Positions 37,236-50,318 are shown, counted from the first letter of the whole stretch. The stretch: 63,474 nucleotides of DNA, filler included, from Chiloscyllium plagiosum (GCF_004010195.1; 4 parts of one record of this genome joined end to end with filler, not necessarily neighbours in it); one strand, 5' to 3'. Notes: generated by a model from the sequence alone, not told the origin. Numbers and translations are program-made.

Positions 37236-37513
37236 CTACTCCAGATCCTGAGCCAACAGAACTCTACACTCCAGAGAGATGAGGCAGCACAGGCCAGGGA
37301 TGGCAACTGGGATTTTCCAGATCTCAGTGGGGCTCAGACCCATTCTTCATATGTAACCCTCACTGCATCAGTCTAATTTTCCATTCTGTCTGTCTCCTGT
37401 AGGTACTCAGGAAGATCCTGACTCAATAGACTTCCCAGCTGCTGGGTGTCTCATTGAAGATGGTTGATCAGCCAGAGAGACAAAGGGCAGGGAGACATGG
37501 AGCCTTCAATAAA
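37236..37513 (+). pseudogene. Putative 3' exons + polyA signal, copy 2
   Basis: Acceptors at 37235 and 37402, ATPDPEPTEL.., TQEDPDSIDFP, AATAAA at 37508. Homology with 10590-11240 continues to about 37825. Confidence 0.3.
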
Positions 37514-38029
37514 TTCTGAACTGAGGCAAGAACACTCACAGTGCACAGCGCAGAGAGCAATGAGAGGGCTCCAAACATCGGCCAACAAGACATGACATAG
37601 TTACAGTGCTGGAGGGAGAGCACAGTCCAGACACACCCCAAGCTAAATCACCGCTCCTGCTTTAACTTACTTTGCACTGAGATAGCATCGGGAATTCAGA
37701 ATTATCAATCCAGGTCTGTGCTGTCTTAGTGAGCATCAATACAACAGAGGGGAAAGCAGGCCTCCCACAAGAGGGTGGGGATTCTGCCTGAGATCTTTCT
37801 GTTCTGTGTTCCCTCTCCAACACTACCTATGGCATGTCTGATGGACCAGTCTCTTCAATAATTTGTAACTCCGACATTAGTTCCCATCCCTGTAACCTCC
37901 TCCCTTCCCTATAGTTCCTCCCCATTTTTGAAATGTGCTGTATTCCAGACTACGATCCCTATCGCTGTAAGTTGCTTCAATGTCTACAACATGCCATACA
38001 TCGATAGTCTCTTCTTCCAGTAACTTGAT

Positions 38030-41000
38030 GCAGATTCATACAGCACGAACACAGAACCATCAGTCCGATTAGTCCATGATGAACAGGTTTTCCAAACTGA
38101 ACGCGACTCATTTGCCTGCGTCTGTCCCATATCCCTTCAAACCTTCTCCTCTCCATGTACCTGCCGAAATGTCTTTTCCATTTTGTAATTGTTCTTGTTT
38201 CTCCCATGTGCCCCTGGCATTCCTTTCCATCTCTTCACCATCCTCTGTGGATAATGTTGCCCCTCAGCTCCCTCTTTGAATCTTTGCTGTCTCACCTCAC
38301 ATGTATGCCTTCAGTTTTGGACTCACCTACAATTGGCTATTCACCTTCCTTATGGACCGCGTGGTTTTATAAACCTCTATAAGATCAACCCGTAGCCTCC
38401 TCTGCCCAAGGGAAATATTGAGGACCATGTTACAAATATCTCCAACTTATGTACTCAATGTTCTGATCAATAAAGGTAAAGTTTGCCAAATGCCGCTTTC
38501 CCCACCCTGTCCATCTGTGATACCACTTCCAAGGAATAGTGTAACTGACCCCTTGGACTCTCTCTGTTCGACAACACTGCCCAGGGCTCTACCATTAACC
38601 ATGATCATTCTCCCTGGTTTGTCTTAACAAGATCCAACACCTGATTTTAAACTCCATCTTTCATTCCTTGGTCTGCTGGCCCAGTTGGTCAAGATCCCCT
38701 TTGGTAACCGTATTCATTGCCCTCTATAAAAGTAATTTGATCATCTACAAACTTAGGAACAACGACTCCTATATTCTCAACCAAATCGTTTATGTGGATG
38801 ATGCACATCAGTGGACCTAGCCCCGATCCTTCTACCACACTGCTGGTCACAGGCCTCCAGTCTGAGCAACAACCCTCTCCCACCAAACTCTGTCTCCTAC
38901 TGTCAAGCCAATTTTGTATGGAGTTGGTGAGCTCTCCCTGATCACATGTGATCTAGCCTTACAAACCAGTATATCATGCTAAACCCTGTCAAAGGCCCTG
39001 CTGACGGTAGTGTAGGCAATGTATGGTCACCACTTCAACTAAAACCATCAAGTTAGTGAAACTTGACTTTGTCTGCACAATTCGGAGATGCCAGTGTTGG
39101 ACTGGGGTGTACAAAGTTAAAAATCACATAACACCAGGTTATAGCTCCTTCATCAGGTGATTGTGATCACCTGATGAAGGAGCGTCGCTCCGAAAGCTAG
39201 TGTGCTTCCATTTAACCTGTTGGACTATAACCTGGTGTTGTGTGATTTTTAACTTTGTCTGCACAAAGCCGTGCTGACTATCTTTCATCAATCCTTTCCA
39301 AATGCTTGTGACTCCTGTCTGGCAGAATTACTTCCACAACTTACCCACCACTGACATCGGGCTAATTGGTCTTTAGTTCCCTGGCTTCCCATCACACCCT
39401 TTCTTAAATAACGACAAAACCATGTTCTTGTCATAGTCATACAGCGTGGAAACTGAGTCTTCAGTTGAAACAAGCCATAATCTCAAAGTAAACTCGTCCC
39501 AGCTGCATGTTGCTGGCCCATATCCCTCCAAACCTTTCCTATTCATGTACTTATCCAAATGCCTTTTAAACGTTGTAACTGTACCGACATCCATCACTTC
39601 CTCAGGAAGTTCATTCCACACTTGAGCCCCCCTCTGTTTAACAATTTGCCACTTATATCCTTTTGTTTTTAACATTTCTCTCCTCTAACATTAAAAATGT
39701 GTCCGCTCCTCTTGAGACTCCCCCATCCTGTGGAAAAGGCAACTGCCATTAACTATATTTATATCTGTAATCTTTTTTTCATAAACTTCCATAAGGTCAT
39801 CTCTCATTCCGCCAGGGTCCAGTGAAAAGACTCAGCTGCCCAGTCATTTTTTCAGAACTCAAGCCTTCCATACCCAGCAATATCCTGGTAAATCTCTTCT
39901 GAACATCCTGCAGCTTAATAATATCCTCTCTATAACTGGGACGACCAGAACTGGACTGAGTAATGCCAGAAGAGGCCTCACCAATGCCCTTACAATCTCA
40001 ACCTGACGTCCCAAATCCTACACTCAATGGACTGAGCAATAGTCAAGCATGCCAAGCACTGCCTTATCCATCCTGTAATGCAAACTTCAAGAATTATGTA
40101 CCTGAACACGGAGGTCCCACTGCTCTAAAACACTAACCGAGACCCGAACATTAGTTGTATAAGCTCTACCCTTGTTTGTTTTACCAAGTGCACTACCTCG
40201 CATTTATTTGGATGGAATTCCATCTACAGTTTTTCAGCCCATTCACCCATATCATCAAGAACCCTTTGTAATCTTAGCAAACCTCCTTCACTGTCCACGA
40301 TTCCACCCTCCAGCATTCCAGTCCATCACACATGGCTGTCAATGGTACCTTTGCTCCGGCTCCACAATTTCTTCCCTAGCATTCCTCAATGTCCTGTGAT
40401 ACACTTAATCAGGTCCTGGGGCCTTCCATATCTTTGTGTTTTAAACCTCCAGCACCACCTCTTCTATAAAATGCACTCTTTTCAAGTCCTAGAGAAGTAC
40501 AGCATGGAAACAGACCCTTCGGTCTCCAACTCGTTCAGCCTGACCAGAAGATCTAAACAAATCCATCCCATTTACCAGAATTTGAGCCATATACCGCTAA
40601 ACCCTGACTATTCAAATACCCATCCAGATACCTTTCAAACGTTGTCATTAGTATCAGTCTCTGTTTCTTTCTCCCTCAGCTCGTTCCATACCACGCATCA
40701 CCTTGTGCATGAAAAAGCTGTCCCTTCGGTCCCTTCTAAACATTTTCCCTCCAACCTTAAAACTATGCCCTCTCATGTTGGACTCCTAAACCCCTCGGTA
40801 AAGACCTTGAATATTTACCCAATCCACGCACCTCACATTTACATAAACCTCTGTACGGTCACCTCTCAGTCTCCGAAGCTCTAAGGAAAATAATCCCAGT
40901 TTATTCAGCAACAACCCTGGCAACAGCTTCTGAATCTTTTCTGAGCCCTTTCAAGTTTCACAATATCCTTCCGAGAGCAGAGAGACTGGAATTGCGGTGT

Positions 41001-43845
41001 ACTACAGTTGTGGGCTGAGATATTACTCTTGGTCCCTGAGTTGCCCAGTCTTTGTTCACAGTAAGTTCTGGAGTGCAAAATGTGTTCAGGGTCTTAGCCA
41101 TATCCTGCAGTTCAACACATCGATAGCCTCATTGGTCTTTAAGGGCCCATATTTTTTCCCGAGTTACTCTTTTGCTCTTAATATAATTGGACAATTACTT
41201 TTGGATCCTCCTTATCCCTATTTGCCAAAGCTATTTCATGTCCCCTTTCTGCATTCCTGAGTTCCACCTGAAATGTATTCCTACAGCCCCTCTGCTCCTC
41301 AGGGATTCCCTTGATCAGCTGGCTATACCTGACATGTCGCCACTTTTCCTTGACCAGACCCTCAATAGACAGCCAGTGTTTCCGAATGCTATCAGCATTA
41401 ACCTGCACAAAAACAGGAACATGTTGGGGGCTGGTCGCTCAATTTGTCGCACTTTTAAACTATTCTCACTTGCCAGACTTCCCTTTCCCTGCAAATAGAC
41501 TCCCCAATCACCTTTAGAAAGTTCCTGGCTGATTTGATCAAGATTTGGCTGGCCCCATTTTATAACTTGATCTTTTGGACCAGTTCTATCCTTTTCTATC
41601 GCTGTTTTCGAACTAATAGAATTGTGGTCACTTTGGCAAAATGCTTTCCCACTGACACCTCAGTCCCTTTCCCTAACCTGTTTCCCAAGGGGAGGTCAGG
41701 TTTTGCACCTTTCTCTAGTTGGGCCATTTACGTACTGTTTGGGAGTTTTCTGGAATGCAATTACCAATTTACTCCCTTCTTAACATTTAATAGAGGCAAT
41801 GCCAATCTCGGTTTGGAAAGTTTAAAAACCCCTACCATAACAGCCTTATTATTATGATTGAGATTTGAGATCTCCCTACACATTTGTTCCTCAGTCTGCC
41901 ACTGGTTATTCAGGGTCAGTACACTCGCATCAAAGTGATGACCCATTCTTATTTCACAGTTCCACTAACACAGTGGGCGATCCCACAGGAATGTCCTCGC
42001 CAAGTATTGCTGTGATGTTTCATGCAATCAAATCCCACCACCACGCGTCCTTCCTTTGTCGCGACCCGTTCGATGCTTCCTGTGGTCTCTCCACCTTGAA
42101 ACGATGATTTGCTAGTCCTGCCCCTCCCACAGCTGTGTTTCTGTAATAACGATAATCTCCCAGTGCCATGTTCTCGTCCATCCCCTGAGTTCATCTTCCT
42201 TTGCTGTCATGCCCCTCGTATTGAAATACATGCAGTTTAATCATCAGGTTTTCTCTATTCCCTGTTATGTTCTTGCCTGCCTTTTCTGTTGAAATTGCTC
42301 TCTTTAACTTGCGTACCAGACTCAAACTTTCTGCCAGTTTAAGGTCCAACACCCTGCCAGACTTTTTTATATCCTCTCAAACCGTGCCAGCAATTTGCCC
42401 ACCAGGGTGTTGGTCCCCATCTCACCCCCAGGTCAGGTCCATTTCCCACTCTGTCTCCCTGTGCTGACACCTCAAGGGATCTATGGACATGTTCACCAAG
42501 GTCCCTGTGCTCCTCAGAACTCAGCAAGGACCTACCGTTCATTATGCCTGTCCTTCGCTTATCATTCCTCCCACAGGGTATTACCTCACTTCAATCACTA
42601 CTAATCTCTGCTCAGATTATCATATGATTGACATCGGACTGTAGACTGAGACCATCCCCCTCACTGTGGACAATACCCTCACCTTTCATGTCATCTGCAA
42701 ACCTACTAATGCTTTCTTCTGCTTTCGCATCCGAGTTGTTAATGTACATAATAATCAGGAATGGCTCCTGCACCGATCCTGTGGTACACTCGCTTGTGAA
42801 AGAATTTCAAACACTAACAAATTCATCCACCAATTGTGGATGCAATTTACCAACTTGCCTTGGATCCCATGGTCTCTTTCCCTCTGGACCAGCCTTCCAT
42901 GTGGGACCTTGTCAAAAGCCTTACCCAACTCCATATAAACCATATCATCTGCACTGCCCTCCTCAATATTTTTAGACACCATTTCAAAAACCTCCACTGA
43001 ATTTCTCAGACAGTCTCTTCCTCTACCCGAGTTGATCCTTACCTTTGCAAGTGCTGATTCATCCACAGAATTGTTTCCAATAATTTCCCTCCCATTGCTG
43101 AGAGACTATCTGCTCTGTAAATACCTGTCTATCCCTGCTGCCCTTCTTGAACAAAGGAACCACATTAGCGATCCTCCAGTCATTCGGCACGTCACCTGTG
43201 GCCAGCAAAGTATTAAATATATGCACCAGGGCCCCGGCAATCTCCTCCCTTACCTCCAATAGCAGCGTAGGATACATTTTATTGGGTACTGGGGATTTCC
43301 CCACCTTTATGCCTGTGAAAACGTTTAATACCTCGTCTTTATTGATCTTAACATGTTCTAGAGCCTCACCATCCCAACTGAAATCCCCAGATACAATGTA
43401 TTTCTCCTGTGTGAATACAGATGGGAAGTATTCATTGCAGACATATCTACTTCCTCTGGCTCCATGCACTGATTGTCCCTTTGGTTTCTCATAGGTCTTG
43501 CTCTTTCCTCAGTAATCCTCTTATTCTATCTAAAGTGATAAAGTGCCTTGTGACATTTCCTTAATAGTATTTGACAAGGATATTTTATGGCCATAGTTTG
43601 TCCCTCATTTCTAAGGACCCCCCTGCACTCCTGTACTTTTGGATGGCTTCGCCTGGTTTTATTACACTGTATTTTCTTTATCAATCTCATGATATCGCTT
43701 TATCAGTATTCGCTGGACTTTTTGCCTTTACCATTCCCTTGTCAGGAACACACTGATCCTGAATTTTCTCTGTATCACTTTAACTTACTCGCACTCCTCT
43801 TATACAGACTCAACTGCAGATAGTCCTCCCAGACTGTGTTTGCCA
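38030..43845 (-). mobile_element. Nested stack of antisense CR1 fragments (3' ends near 38030, 39430, 40490)
   Basis: VWNELPEEV, RPVTSSVVEGSGLGPL, AFDKVPHGRL, DWRIANVVPLFKKG, endonuclease-region pieces at 41500-42300. Confidence 0.88.
39081..39258. mobile_element. Penelope-derived fold-back mini-element
   Basis: Outer arms at 39111-39144 and 39225-39258; inner hairpin gctccttcatcaggtgat-tgtg-atcacctgatgaaggagc; flanking repeat actttgtctgcacaa at 39066 and 39252. Confidence 0.88.
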
Positions 43846-43854
43846 GATCCTCTC

Positions 43855-44670
43855 TATTTATAGTGATACTGATAGGAGACTCAGTTCTGAGGGGGACAGA
43901 CAGGAGACTGTGTGGCTGCAGGAGAGACCCCAGGATGGTGTGCTGCCTCCCGAATACCAGGGTCAACGATGTCTCTGAGTCGTTCCTGAACATTCTGAAG
44001 GGGAGGGTTAGTAGCCATTGGTTATTGTGCACATCGGTCCACATGACAGAGGAAGACAAAGGGATGGGGTACTGTGAATTGAGTATCAGTAGTTAGGTTA
44101 GAGGTTTAATAGGATGAACTCAAGGGAAGTGATCTACAGATTATTCCTAATGCCACCTGCAAAGTTGAGGAATAAAATAGAAAAATAGACCAGATCGATG
44201 TGTGGCTGAGGAGCCGGGGGAGGTTTTAATATTTGGATCATTGAGATCTCTTATGGGGTAGAGGTGACCTGTGCAAGGGGGAACGGGTTTGACTTAAACC
44301 AGAGGGATACCAGGATCTCTGCGAGGGAGATTTGGTCGTGTTACCTGAGGAGGGTTTAAACTAGGTTGGCAGGGACTCTGAGTAAGAGAGGTACCAACGG
44401 CCAGTCAAGGGAAAATTATGTCAGCACCGAGAACAAGTTTCCTATTCTGGATATCCTGGGGCACAGTCAAGGGAGGGAAAAGACTACTGGTTTAACGTGC
44501 ATTTATTTCTACACACGAGGCCTGACTGGTAAGGCAGACGATCTCAGAGCATGGATTGGCTCTGGGGACTGGGATGTTATAGCCATAACAGAAACATGGC
44601 TGAAAGAATGGCAGGACTGACAGCTCACTGTTCCAGGATACAGAAGCTACAGGTCTGACAGAGTGAGTGA
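43855..44670 (+). mobile_element. CR1 ORF1 (SGNH) and ORF2 start
   Basis: IGDSVLRGTDRRLCG..MVCCLP.TRV; CIYFYTRGL..DVIAITETWL. Confidence 0.9.
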
Positions 44671-44674
44671 GATG

Positions 44675-45427
44675 TGTTGGGGAGATTTCACTGCGGTGTT
44701 TAATGTAGGGCTAGTGAGGGTGACACTTCCAGCCCTGAAATGGTTAACAACAGCCAAGCGAGCTGCTGCAGGCGATTGCATGACTGCTGGAGCTTGTAAG
44801 GGATATGCATAATGTTAATTAAATCTTGGAGCCTGTAAATACCAGCCAGTATCAATTGCCCCATCGAAACTCGGGATTAATAAAGAAACTGATCGGAATC
44901 TGTAACTGTTAGACAACTGTGAATTGCTCTATCGGAACCTGTAACTAGTGAGTGTGAATGGCTCTATTTAAGTCTAAAGTTGATAAGTGTAATTGACAAT
45001 TTAGTTAAACTAAAAACTATTGAAAATGGCTAGCCTGTCAGACGCATAGTAATTCCTTGACACAATGGACTATTGAATACGGGATCGGAACCGCTCCCAG
45101 GGATGGCTGAGCCATTGTCAAGCACAGCAGGAGCTGGACAGGCACTACGATGCGGCCAATAGGAGGACGGATCCCCAGCGCGCGCAGATGAATGGACCAA
45201 TGGGGAAGGCGAACTGACCGGGGACTCCAGGCAGCGCGAAGTATAATTGTGACAACTTTGAACGGGAAGGCAGAACGCCTTCTCCAACGAATGCATGCCT
45301 GTAGATTCGTTGTACCAGTTAAGACTCTGTGAATAAACTGCTGTCTGCGTCTAACCATAGTTGCCAGTGTGAGTCTCTCCTTCCAAAAGAACACGCAAAG
45401 ACGGGACCCCATGGGTCCGTCTTAACA
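44675..45427 (+). mobile_element. LTR of an ERV/LTR retrotransposon, followed by probable internal sequence cut by the scaffold end
   Basis: TGTT...AACA termini; CCAAT at 45156 and 45197, TATAA at 45242, AATAAA at 45332 in U3-R-U5 order; CpG-rich; abruptly interrupts CR1 ORF2. Confidence 0.7.
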
Positions 45428-45589
45428 GGTCGAACCTCCACGTGGTTCCCCCTGGTAACGGCCTGTATGAGGAAGCTCTTGACGGGGAGCGATTTTAAAT
45501 TGTTTCGTGGTATTTTAATCTGGTTTTATCTGTGTTTTTACCATCGATTTTATCCTTGGTTTTAACCTGATATTACCGGTGCTGATTGC

Positions 45590-45689
45590 NNNNNNNNNNN
45601 NNNNNNNNNNNNNNNNNNNNNNNNNNNNNNNNNTTAATTAATTAANNNNNNNNNNNNNNNNNNNNNNNNNNNNNNNNNNNNNNNNNNNN
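45590..45689. other. Artificial scaffold-join linker
   Basis: 44 N + TTAATTAATTAA + 44 N. Confidence 0.95.
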
Positions 45690-47285
45690 CGCTGCATATA
45701 ATATTAATCTGTATAATAAGAGGACATGGGTTTGGGAGGAGGTCATTCGCCTGGATAGAGGGTTGGTGAGCCAACGAAGTACAGAGAGATGGAATAGTTG
45801 TTTCGTTAATGGTTGGCAAATTTTGGGGTTCCGTAGAGTTCAGACCACATGACCCAACAATTTCCCATCCATTGTATTACTTGGATGAAAGGCGAGAAAA
45901 CAATACAGCCACATTTCCAGCTGACACTAAAACAAGTGGAAAAGTAGGTTGATGTAATGAAGATGTAGAAAATTTACAAATGGACATTGTAACACTTTAT
46001 ATGAATATGCCAACATCTGACCGCTTAAATTTAACGTGGATAATATGGGATTAATCATTTTGATCAGAGGAATCTAGCATGTTATGGAAATGGCGAGCAA
46101 CTTCAGAGTGCTTAAGTGCAGAGGCATTTGGGTGTCCATGGGCATACCATAGAAAACTCACATGCAGGTACAGCAGGGAATGAGAAAGGCAAGTGCAATT
46201 TTATCATTTACTTGTAAAAGAATAGAGCATTAAGGGAGGGAAGAATTACCGTAACTCTGCAAGGTATTAGTCAGACGGTAACAATGAGAAAGGCAAGTGC
46301 AATTTTATCATTTACTTGTAAAAGAACAGAGCATTAAGGGAGGGAAGAATTACCGTAACTCTGCAAGGTATTAGTCAGACGGTAACTGACGTACTGTGTT
46401 CAGGGTTTGTTGTCCTGACTGCAGGAGTGATATTATTACAACGAAGACAGTTCAGAACAAGTTCATTAGATTGATTCCAGAGATGAATTTGTCTTTTGAA
46501 GCGAGTTTGAGCAGTTCAGGCCGATGTACTCTGGGTTTAGAAGAATGAGAGGAGACCTCATTGAGGTCTGGAGGACGGTAAAGGTGATTGACAATGTCCG
46601 TATGGAGTGGATATTTCCTCATGTGGGGCCAATTAGAACAAGAGATCATAGTTTTAGGATTAGGCAGAGCAGATTTAAAACAGGGGTGAAGAGAACTTAC
46701 TTCTCTCAATGGGTTGTGAATCTGTGTAGTTCACTGCCCCAGTGTGCAGGGGACGCTGGGACATTGGGTAAATGAAGGGATTTGGAGAGCAGGCAGGGAA
46801 ATGGAACTGAGCCGGCGATGACATCAGCCATGATTGCATACAATGGCGGAACAGGCTCGAGTGGCTGGATTGTTCCTCGTTCTTATTCAGCCCTTCGACT
46901 GTGCTCCACAGGAATGGGGAGGACTGGTTATCAAACAGGAAGTAGGCACTCCAGATAAATCAATATTAATCAGTTTGACAGAACGTAACCAGTGGAGTCA
47001 CACAGTGACCAGTGCTCGGACCTCAACTGTTTACAATCGATATCAGTGATCAGGACGATAGAATAGATGTACTGCTGCTAAGTTTAAGCAACACATTAAA
47101 TTATCAAGAGAATGTGGAGAGTCTGCAAATTGATATGGACAGGTAAAGCCAATGAATAATACCTTGTCAAGTGGAATATAATGTAATGTATAACCTGCCA
47201 GCTTTTTCAGGAAGAATGGAAGGCAGTATGTTACTGAAATGGAGATGGATTATATGACATACTGATACAGCGTGTTCTGAAGTGT
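45690..47285 (+). mobile_element. Old CR1 fragments, including a 104-bp tandem duplication (46179-46386)
   Basis: FRRMRGDLIEV..FSQWVVNLCSSLP; the duplication is absent from the paralog at about 58945-59050. Confidence 0.85.
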
Positions 47286-47988
47286 TCACTCGAACCCATT
47301 CAGACATGGGAAGTGTTGTTCCATCTCACTGATGGTCTGCTCCCTGGCATTCCCAATGGTCCTATTGCTCTTAGTACACACAGTATATTTTGATGTTGTT
47401 GGTTGGCGGTGGGGAGTGGTGAGATGGAGGTTTTTTGAGCCGTTTAACAAAGGGACAGCCTTTAACCGAAAGACTACCCTTTCTTTCCGAATGGAGACCG
47501 AAAGATGATGGGAATGGTTGACTACTTCTGAATGAAGAGGTTGTGGCTGCTGCCAGGACAGTGAGTATTCACCAACATGATGTCCTGTGCATGGGCACAC
47601 TGTAACATTAATGTAGTGAGAGCTGCTTCAGTTCCTCTAGCTCTCCTAATTGACATGGGGACGCCACACAGGCATGTACATCACTGGAAATTCTGCTATA
47701 TTGAGAAAACACGGATACATCCATCACCTCTCTGCTGAGAGAGAAAGCATTCATCTCATCCACAATATATATCGTCTGTCACCGACTGGTGACATTGATG
47801 TTGCGATATTTGGAGATGATCGATATGTCAACCACTCCAGCATGGAAAGTTCCAGATCATAGAAGCTGAATGAAACTGTGACCCTAACAGCCACTGGCTG
47901 CACCGTCCTCCCCCTGGTGTGAAGCTGCAGGTCGTGTTGAACGAGGCGACATCCTTCTGTGACTAACTCCTTGTTCAGTCAGTGTCCC
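47286..47988 (-). mobile_element. PIF/Harbinger (HARBI1-like) transposase relic
   Basis: Minus frames: KELVTEGCRLVQHDLQ..PVAVRVTVSFSFY, CAHAQDIMLVNTHCPGSSH, NAREQTISEMEQHFPCL (cf. PGSSHD and IEQTIG.LK.RFRCL). Confidence 0.75.
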
Positions 47989-48488
47989 NNNNNNNNNNNN
48001 NNNNNNNNNNNNNNNNNNNNNNNNNNNNNNNNNNNNNNNNNNNNNNNNNNNNNNNNNNNNNNNNNNNNNNNNNNNNNNNNNNNNNNNNNNNNNNNNNNNN
48101 NNNNNNNNNNNNNNNNNNNNNNNNNNNNNNNNNNNNNNNNNNNNNNNNNNNNNNNNNNNNNNNNNNNNNNNNNNNNNNNNNNNNNNNNNNNNNNNNNNNN
48201 NNNNNNNNNNNNNNNNNNNNNNNNNNNNNNNNNNNNNNNNNNNNNNNNNNNNNNNNNNNNNNNNNNNNNNNNNNNNNNNNNNNNNNNNNNNNNNNNNNNN
48301 NNNNNNNNNNNNNNNNNNNNNNNNNNNNNNNNNNNNNNNNNNNNNNNNNNNNNNNNNNNNNNNNNNNNNNNNNNNNNNNNNNNNNNNNNNNNNNNNNNNN
48401 NNNNNNNNNNNNNNNNNNNNNNNNNNNNNNNNNNNNNNNNNNNNNNNNNNNNNNNNNNNNNNNNNNNNNNNNNNNNNNNNNNNNNNNN

Positions 48489-49690
48489 ATACCTGTTCAC
48501 AGTGCCCCAAATACTCTCTCAAAATGGCCCGACAAATACAGGAAGACGGCTTTACTTATGCACTTGAATCATATTACAATGAAGGGCAACATACCATACC
48601 AGATGCTCAATACTTAACACCCTTGGATGTGCTATTTTTGGTGACTCATGATCAAGGACATTCAGGCCCTTTTGAAAAACATCACTTCTCAACCTTGTAC
48701 CATTTAAACACTACAAAATGAGATACATGTTGTTTATTTCTCACATCCAAATCATTTCTATGTCTTGCAAATTGTTGTGGTTCAAACACTGAAACACGTG
48801 ATATTCCATGAGTAACTGCCTTCGGTCTATAACAGTACAAGAAGCTCAGTATTGCTTCCACTGACCAATTCTCAATCCATGTGGCATATCCAGCTGCCCC
48901 CGTCCACACCTTATCAATGTACTCCAACTTCCTTCGTTCACTTGTTAGGAACGATGTAAAAAAAAACATACTGCAAGTTCAAATACACCACTCTTACTGG
49001 TTCTCTTTTGTGGATGCATCAACTAACACAAACTCCACAGGTTTCTCAACGATGATTCCGGTATCTAAATCTAAGCTGACTCTGCCAAGTCACACCGTGA
49101 TTTCCCAAATGTCGAGTTATAAACTTTCTCACAGTAGGTTCTAATACTTTCCTCAGGCGTGACATCAACGTACCCGTTTTTTTTTGTTGTTGTTTCCCCT
49201 CCCACTCCGGTTTTAATTATTTAGAATTACAATAGCTACTTTCCAGTCTGCAGGAACCAGAATTTCCAGAGTCGAAAGAATTTTGAAGGGTAATCAATAC
49301 TTTTTTCTTGTCATTACAACATTTAAAATACATTTGGATAAGTACATGAATAGGAAAGGTTTGAAGGGATATGGGCCAAGCGCGGGCAGGTGGGACTAAG
49401 TTAGTTTGAAATTGGAATAGTCAGCATGGACTGGTTGGAGCGAAGGGCCTGTTTCTGTCCTGTATGGCTCTATAACTCTTTCACTAGCTGTAATGCCACT
49501 TCCCTGAAAACACTGTGATGGAGCTCATTTAGTGTATAACTTGCCAACCTTCAATTTAATTAGTTTTTTTTTGATTAAGTTCTCTTTATTAAATCTAATT
49601 CAGCACAGTTTCTTATTTTCACCAGTCAGTCTGTCCCATAGTATTTCTGGAAGATTTTCGGTACCTACCATTGTGGAGATAGTGCAAAGG
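48489..49690 (-). mobile_element. Very old CR1 fragments with a + strand CR1 3' tail inserted at ~49310-49480
   Basis: ttgcttccactgaccaattctcaatccatg..; the insert is ggataagtacatgaataggaaagg...ctctataactct. Confidence 0.6.
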
Positions 49691-49699
49691 TATTATCTC

Positions 49700-50318
49700 A
49701 GCAGGAGGCAGAGATGGATTCCGTCACTGTGTGAATACATCAGAGCACTGCAATTGGGAGATGTGTACGTGACACCCACTCCTGCTCAGAAAGTTCTAGA
49801 TTCAAAACAGTTCAATGAAACTGTAACTTCCTGGTCACTGACAGCAGAATCCTTTCCCTCGTGCGAGGTTACAAGTTATGCTGAAACAGTTGACACAAAG
49901 CTGTGACCATCTCATTTTAGAATCCAACTGACCTCACACTGGCGTAGGTCCAGGTCGAGGTAAGAAAACGTTTTGATCAAAATATGTGTAACGAGAAGCG
50001 TTGCCAGCAGAGAATTGTAACTGCAAAGTGTGGATGATGGTTTATTCAGAAACAGCGTTGAGGCAGAACCGAAGACTGGGGATATTGTGAACGTGGGAGT
50101 GGACAGGTTTTGTGGTCGACGGAGTATTGAGATATAAATCAGCTCAGGACAAAATGGGATAATCGTGGTTATGAACACTTCTGTTTCTCCTCAGATGTTT
50201 GTAAGCAAAGAATATGAAATTCATGGAATAAAAATGGAGTTTGTGATTGAAAGCGAAGAAAATATTTCGTATCTTTGCCAAATATACATAGCAGAGAAAA
50301 CGATGACATTGACAACAG
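49700..50318 (+). pseudogene. Decayed Ig C1-set (SIRP/MHC-like) domain remnants
   Basis: YIRALQLGDVY/VTPTPAQK..TAESFP; LTQSC..NPTDLTLA*; DGLFRNSVEAEPKTGDIV. Exon-like 50195-50318 (ctcctcag|...cag|gt) encodes ..SYLCQI. Confidence 0.35.
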
